From positions 17,077-81,076 of the forward strand of contig JBEBJI010000006.1 in NCBI GenBank assembly GCA_040079935.1: DNA of 64,000 nucleotides, given 5' to 3'. Source of the DNA: Methylotenera sp. GTDB lineage: Bacteria > Pseudomonadota > Gammaproteobacteria > Burkholderiales > Methylophilaceae. The notes beneath the pieces are model-generated. The model had not been told where the DNA came from, did not search any database, and saw only the letters and a list, made by a program, of their open reading frames with translations. The position numbers and the translations under genes are program-made. Shown piece after piece: positions 61,058 to 64,000 of this stretch (position 1 is the stretch's first letter; each line of letters opens with the position of its first letter).

Positions 61058-62808
61058 TAATTTTCTTGCCCGCGTTTCATGGTACCGCTTGAAACCGTGT
61101 CATTTATTATTCGCTCTGATTCGTTGACACTTATTGGTGTTAATAATCTGGCTGGCACGGGTTGTTTTAGCAGAGTGTAAAGATTACTCAAATTGCGGCG
61201 ATACAACCTATCAAAGCTGCTGGCGCTGGATGCGGGGTTATAATCGCCCAACCACCAAAACCAATCTGAACCTTCACACACCGAGAGTTGATCTTCACAA
61301 TTTTTTTGTTCTTTTGCGCTTAATGTGCCCGCTTGCATGACTTTGTCATACACTTTTTTCGCATCGCATAAAAAATCCCAACCTACGTTTTTATCTTTAT
61401 TGCCAATCCAAGTGCTTAAAGTGCCGTAAACCCAGCTACCAGCAGCGATTTCAGGCAAATTGCCACAGAAAACTTTATATGGACTTTCTTCAGGAGCCCG
61501 TACAGCTTGCAATATTTCAGATTGCGTCACCATCTCAATATTTGGATGATTTGCCAGTGCCTGATATAACTCAGTTAAAAAATAATAGCCGTTGTAGGGG
61601 TAATACTCCCATGCGTTTTCACCGTCTAAAATCACGCTTACCACAGGATTCTCTGGTCTTTGAAAAGTAGCATGAATATGCTCCAGCTGACCAATAAAAT
61701 CGCGCACTGCATCGGTGCTGTGCAATTTGGCGTACTCAAACCCAATTCTGTCCGAGAGTCTGTCGTCCCTGAAAAAACAGACGATCTCATCTTTTTTATC
61801 GCTCACTTTATACGGTCTATATAAGTATTCATGACGTGAAACCAGCGCTTTGCTTGGGTTGGACTTCAGCAAGCTGTGAGTTAATACGCCCTCGCCAGAG
61901 GCCGCCCATTGCACGCCTTGTTGCGCCATTAGCAATAGACTTTCCTTTGAAACAGCACCCTCTGCAGGCCACATGCCTATTGGCTTTACGCCGAATCTCT
62001 GCTGATGCGAAATTTGCGCGTCTTTGATGTGATTAATCGCCCTCGCCTCACCTCCATTGTATTGTGCATTTACTGGCAAGGCAGCGTCTGGCATAGCATC
62101 CAAGGTGCTTTTAAAATCCAATAGCAAAGGTAATATCGGGTGTTGATGCGGCGTGCTAGAAATCTCAATCTGACCGCGTTGTTGCAAAGCTTTGTAGCGC
62201 GGAATTAAACCTGCAACCACTTCGCCTATCAAATCAAATAAAGCGCGTCGATCTTGATAACTAAAATGGCTGCCTTTTATCATCAACAATTGCACCAATT
62301 TGTTATCACGTCTAATGCTTTCACCCATCCATGCCAAATGGTACCAAACCAGTAAATCTGCTTTGTACTGACCTGAAAAATATTGCAAATTAATATCGTC
62401 GCCCGATTGGCTAGCCACCTGATAAAGATTATACAAGCGCTGATATTGCGCATAAGGCGCCAACATTTTTTCATGATGACTTTTGAAGCAGCTATCTACG
62501 ATCAATTGACATTGATCTGCTGCAAGACCATCTAAACTTTGCTTGCCTAGCAAATCCAATAGCGGATCACGCATTTTATTCGCTTTAAACTGCGCGACGT
62601 AATCTTCCAACTGATCCAATAAAATTGGCACAAAATTAAAGCTCACACGTGCTTTCACATTTTTTTCAAGGTGATACGCCATGTCAGAATAATCTTTTAT
62701 GGCGTGTAAATATGTCCAAGGAAGCACGTACTCACCTGAAATAGAATCGCGATAATCAGGCTGATGCATGTGCCAATACAGGGAGATTAAAAGCTTAGGA
62801 GGTGTCAT
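61057..62808 (-). CDS. Glycoside hydrolase family 57
   Basis: HMHQP, GMWPAEG, LDGENAWE, EGSDWFWW. Confidence 0.93.
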   Translation of the reverse strand: MTPPKLLISLYWHMHQPDYRDSISGEYVLPWTYLHAIKDYSDMAYHLEKNVKARVSFNFVPILLDQLEDYVAQFKANKMRDPLLDLLGKQSLDGLAADQCQLIVDSCFKSHHEKMLAPYAQYQRLYNLYQVASQSGDDINLQYFSGQYKADLLVWYHLAWMGESIRRDNKLVQLLMIKGSHFSYQDRRALFDLIGEVVAGLIPRYKALQQRGQIEISSTPHQHPILPLLLDFKSTLDAMPDAALPVNAQYNGGEARAINHIKDAQISHQQRFGVKPIGMWPAEGAVSKESLLLMAQQGVQWAASGEGVLTHSLLKSNPSKALVSRHEYLYRPYKVSDKKDEIVCFFRDDRLSDRIGFEYAKLHSTDAVRDFIGQLEHIHATFQRPENPVVSVILDGENAWEYYPYNGYYFLTELYQALANHPNIEMVTQSEILQAVRAPEESPYKVFCGNLPEIAAGSWVYGTLSTWIGNKDKNVGWDFLCDAKKVYDKVMQAGTLSAKEQKNCEDQLSVCEGSDWFWWLGDYNPASSASSFDRLYRRNLSNLYTLLKQPVPARLLTPISVNESERIINDTVSSGTMKRGQEN

Positions 62809-62846
62809 TTTAATTATACTTAACTACAAATTTAGAGATTCGCGAA

Positions 62847-64000
62847 TTATTTAGTTCCGTAAGTGACTGGACGAAATTGACCTAGCATCTCGCGCGTGAC
62901 CAAAACCGTGCCTTTCTCTGAAACATAAAAACGTTTTTTATCGGCTTCCGCATCAAAGCCAATAACCATGCCTTCAGGAATATGCACGCCCTTGTCAACA
63001 ACCACATTATTAAGTTTAACATGTCGATTAATCACCGCGTTTGGCAAAATCACCGCACCTTCAATTTTACAAAAACTATGTACGCGTACGTTAGAAAACA
63101 GTACCGAGCTAATAACGGATGAGCCACTAATTAAGCAACCGCCTGAAACTAGAGAGTCAACTGCCTCACCCCTTCTGTCATCATCATTAAACACAAATTT
63201 AGCAGGCGGCAATTGTTCTTGGTAGGTCCATATCGGCCATAAATTATCGTACATATTTAGCTCTGGAATTACGCGCGTGAGTTCCATATTGGCCTGCCAA
63301 TATGCATCAACCGTTCCGACATCACGCCAATAGTGGAAACCATTTCTTGCGCCTACACAGCTATCTGCAAAGCGGTGTGCATAAACGCGCGCATTAGAAA
63401 TCAAGTGGGGAATAATGTCGCCACCAAAATCATGTGTAGAGCTCTCATCTTCCGCATCACGCATCAGCTGTTCGTATAGAAAGCCTGCGTTAAACACGTA
63501 AATACCCATACTAGCCAAGGCTTGAGTATTGTCGCCAGGCATGTGTTTTGGTTTTGCAGGTTTTTCGGCGAATTCGACAATCTTATCTTCATCATCCACT
63601 GCCATCACGCCAAAGCCTTTTGCCTCTTCAAGCGGCACATTAATGCAAGCTACTGTCATATCAGCATTATTTTTCACATGACAAGCCAACATTTGTCCAT
63701 AATCCATTTTATAAATGTGGTCACCAGCCAATATCACTACATATTCAGCTTGGCTTGCACGTAAAATATCCAAATTCTGAAATACCGCATCCGCAGTACC
63801 TTTGTACCAATCCTCGGTATCGCGCTGTTGCGAAGCAGGCAACAAATCCACATACTCATTAAACTCACCGCGCAAAAAGCCCCAACCGCGCTGTATATGG
63901 CGCATCAGGCTGTGTGATTTGTATTGTGTGACTACGCCCACGCGGCGAATGCCCGAGTTAATGCAATTAGATAATGGAAAATCGATAATGCGGAATTTTC
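62847..64000 (-). CDS. glgC: Glucose-1-phosphate adenylyltransferase (5-prime part outside window)
   Basis: Frame open to window end ([16 protein letters not shown]); [35 protein letters not shown]. Confidence 0.97.
   Translation of the reverse strand, partial: KFRIIDFPLSNCINSGIRRVGVVTQYKSHSLMRHIQRGWGFLRGEFNEYVDLLPASQQRDTEDWYKGTADAVFQNLDILRASQAEYVVILAGDHIYKMDYGQMLACHVKNNADMTVACINVPLEEAKGFGVMAVDDEDKIVEFAEKPAKPKHMPGDNTQALASMGIYVFNAGFLYEQLMRDAEDESSTHDFGGDIIPHLISNARVYAHRFADSCVGARNGFHYWRDVGTVDAYWQANMELTRVIPELNMYDNLWPIWTYQEQLPPAKFVFNDDDRRGEAVDSLVSGGCLISGSSVISSVLFSNVRVHSFCKIEGAVILPNAVINRHVKLNNVVVDKGVHIPEGMVIGFDAEADKKRFYVSEKGTVLVTREMLGQFRPVTYGTK

Noticed and set aside
61957-61995. Possible repeat copy in GH57 (ACCCTCTGCAGGCC ACATGCCTATT GGCTT)
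   Set aside because: Coincides with the conserved PxGxWPAE catalytic motif, so chance is likely; kept only as a weak candidate and not listed as a feature.

Overview
AT-rich betaproteobacterial chromosome segment. The protein sequences and the msrP-ligA-zipA-smc-queF neighbourhood look most like Methylophilaceae (Methylotenera-like); this is my inference, not a database result. In order the window holds msrQP, ligA-zipA-smc, queF, tRNA-Ala/tRNA-Glu, a small accessory patch, and a sigma54/NtrC- and ANTAR-controlled nitrate assimilation cluster. An AT-richer accessory block follows, then a red-type (form IC) RuBisCO operon cbbR/cbbLSX-prk-tpiA-pntAB and an atypical PQQ dehydrogenase. The rest is mnmD/mnmC, a GT41 TPR glycosyltransferase, pilU, dapC, miaA-(HNH)-mutL, amiC-tsaE/queG and glycogen genes. 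Two things stand out. (1) A dispersed 39-bp palindrome (14-bp arms ATGCYCTGYAAGCC / GGCTTRCAGRGCAT around an asymmetric 11-nt core GCATGGATATT) occurs about 20 times by eye. About 14 copies lie inside housekeeping genes, in different reading frames and both orientations. (2) A RuBisCO/PRK module is coupled to transhydrogenase in a lineage known for RuMP methylotrophy. All repeat counts and alignments were done by eye and need computational confirmation.
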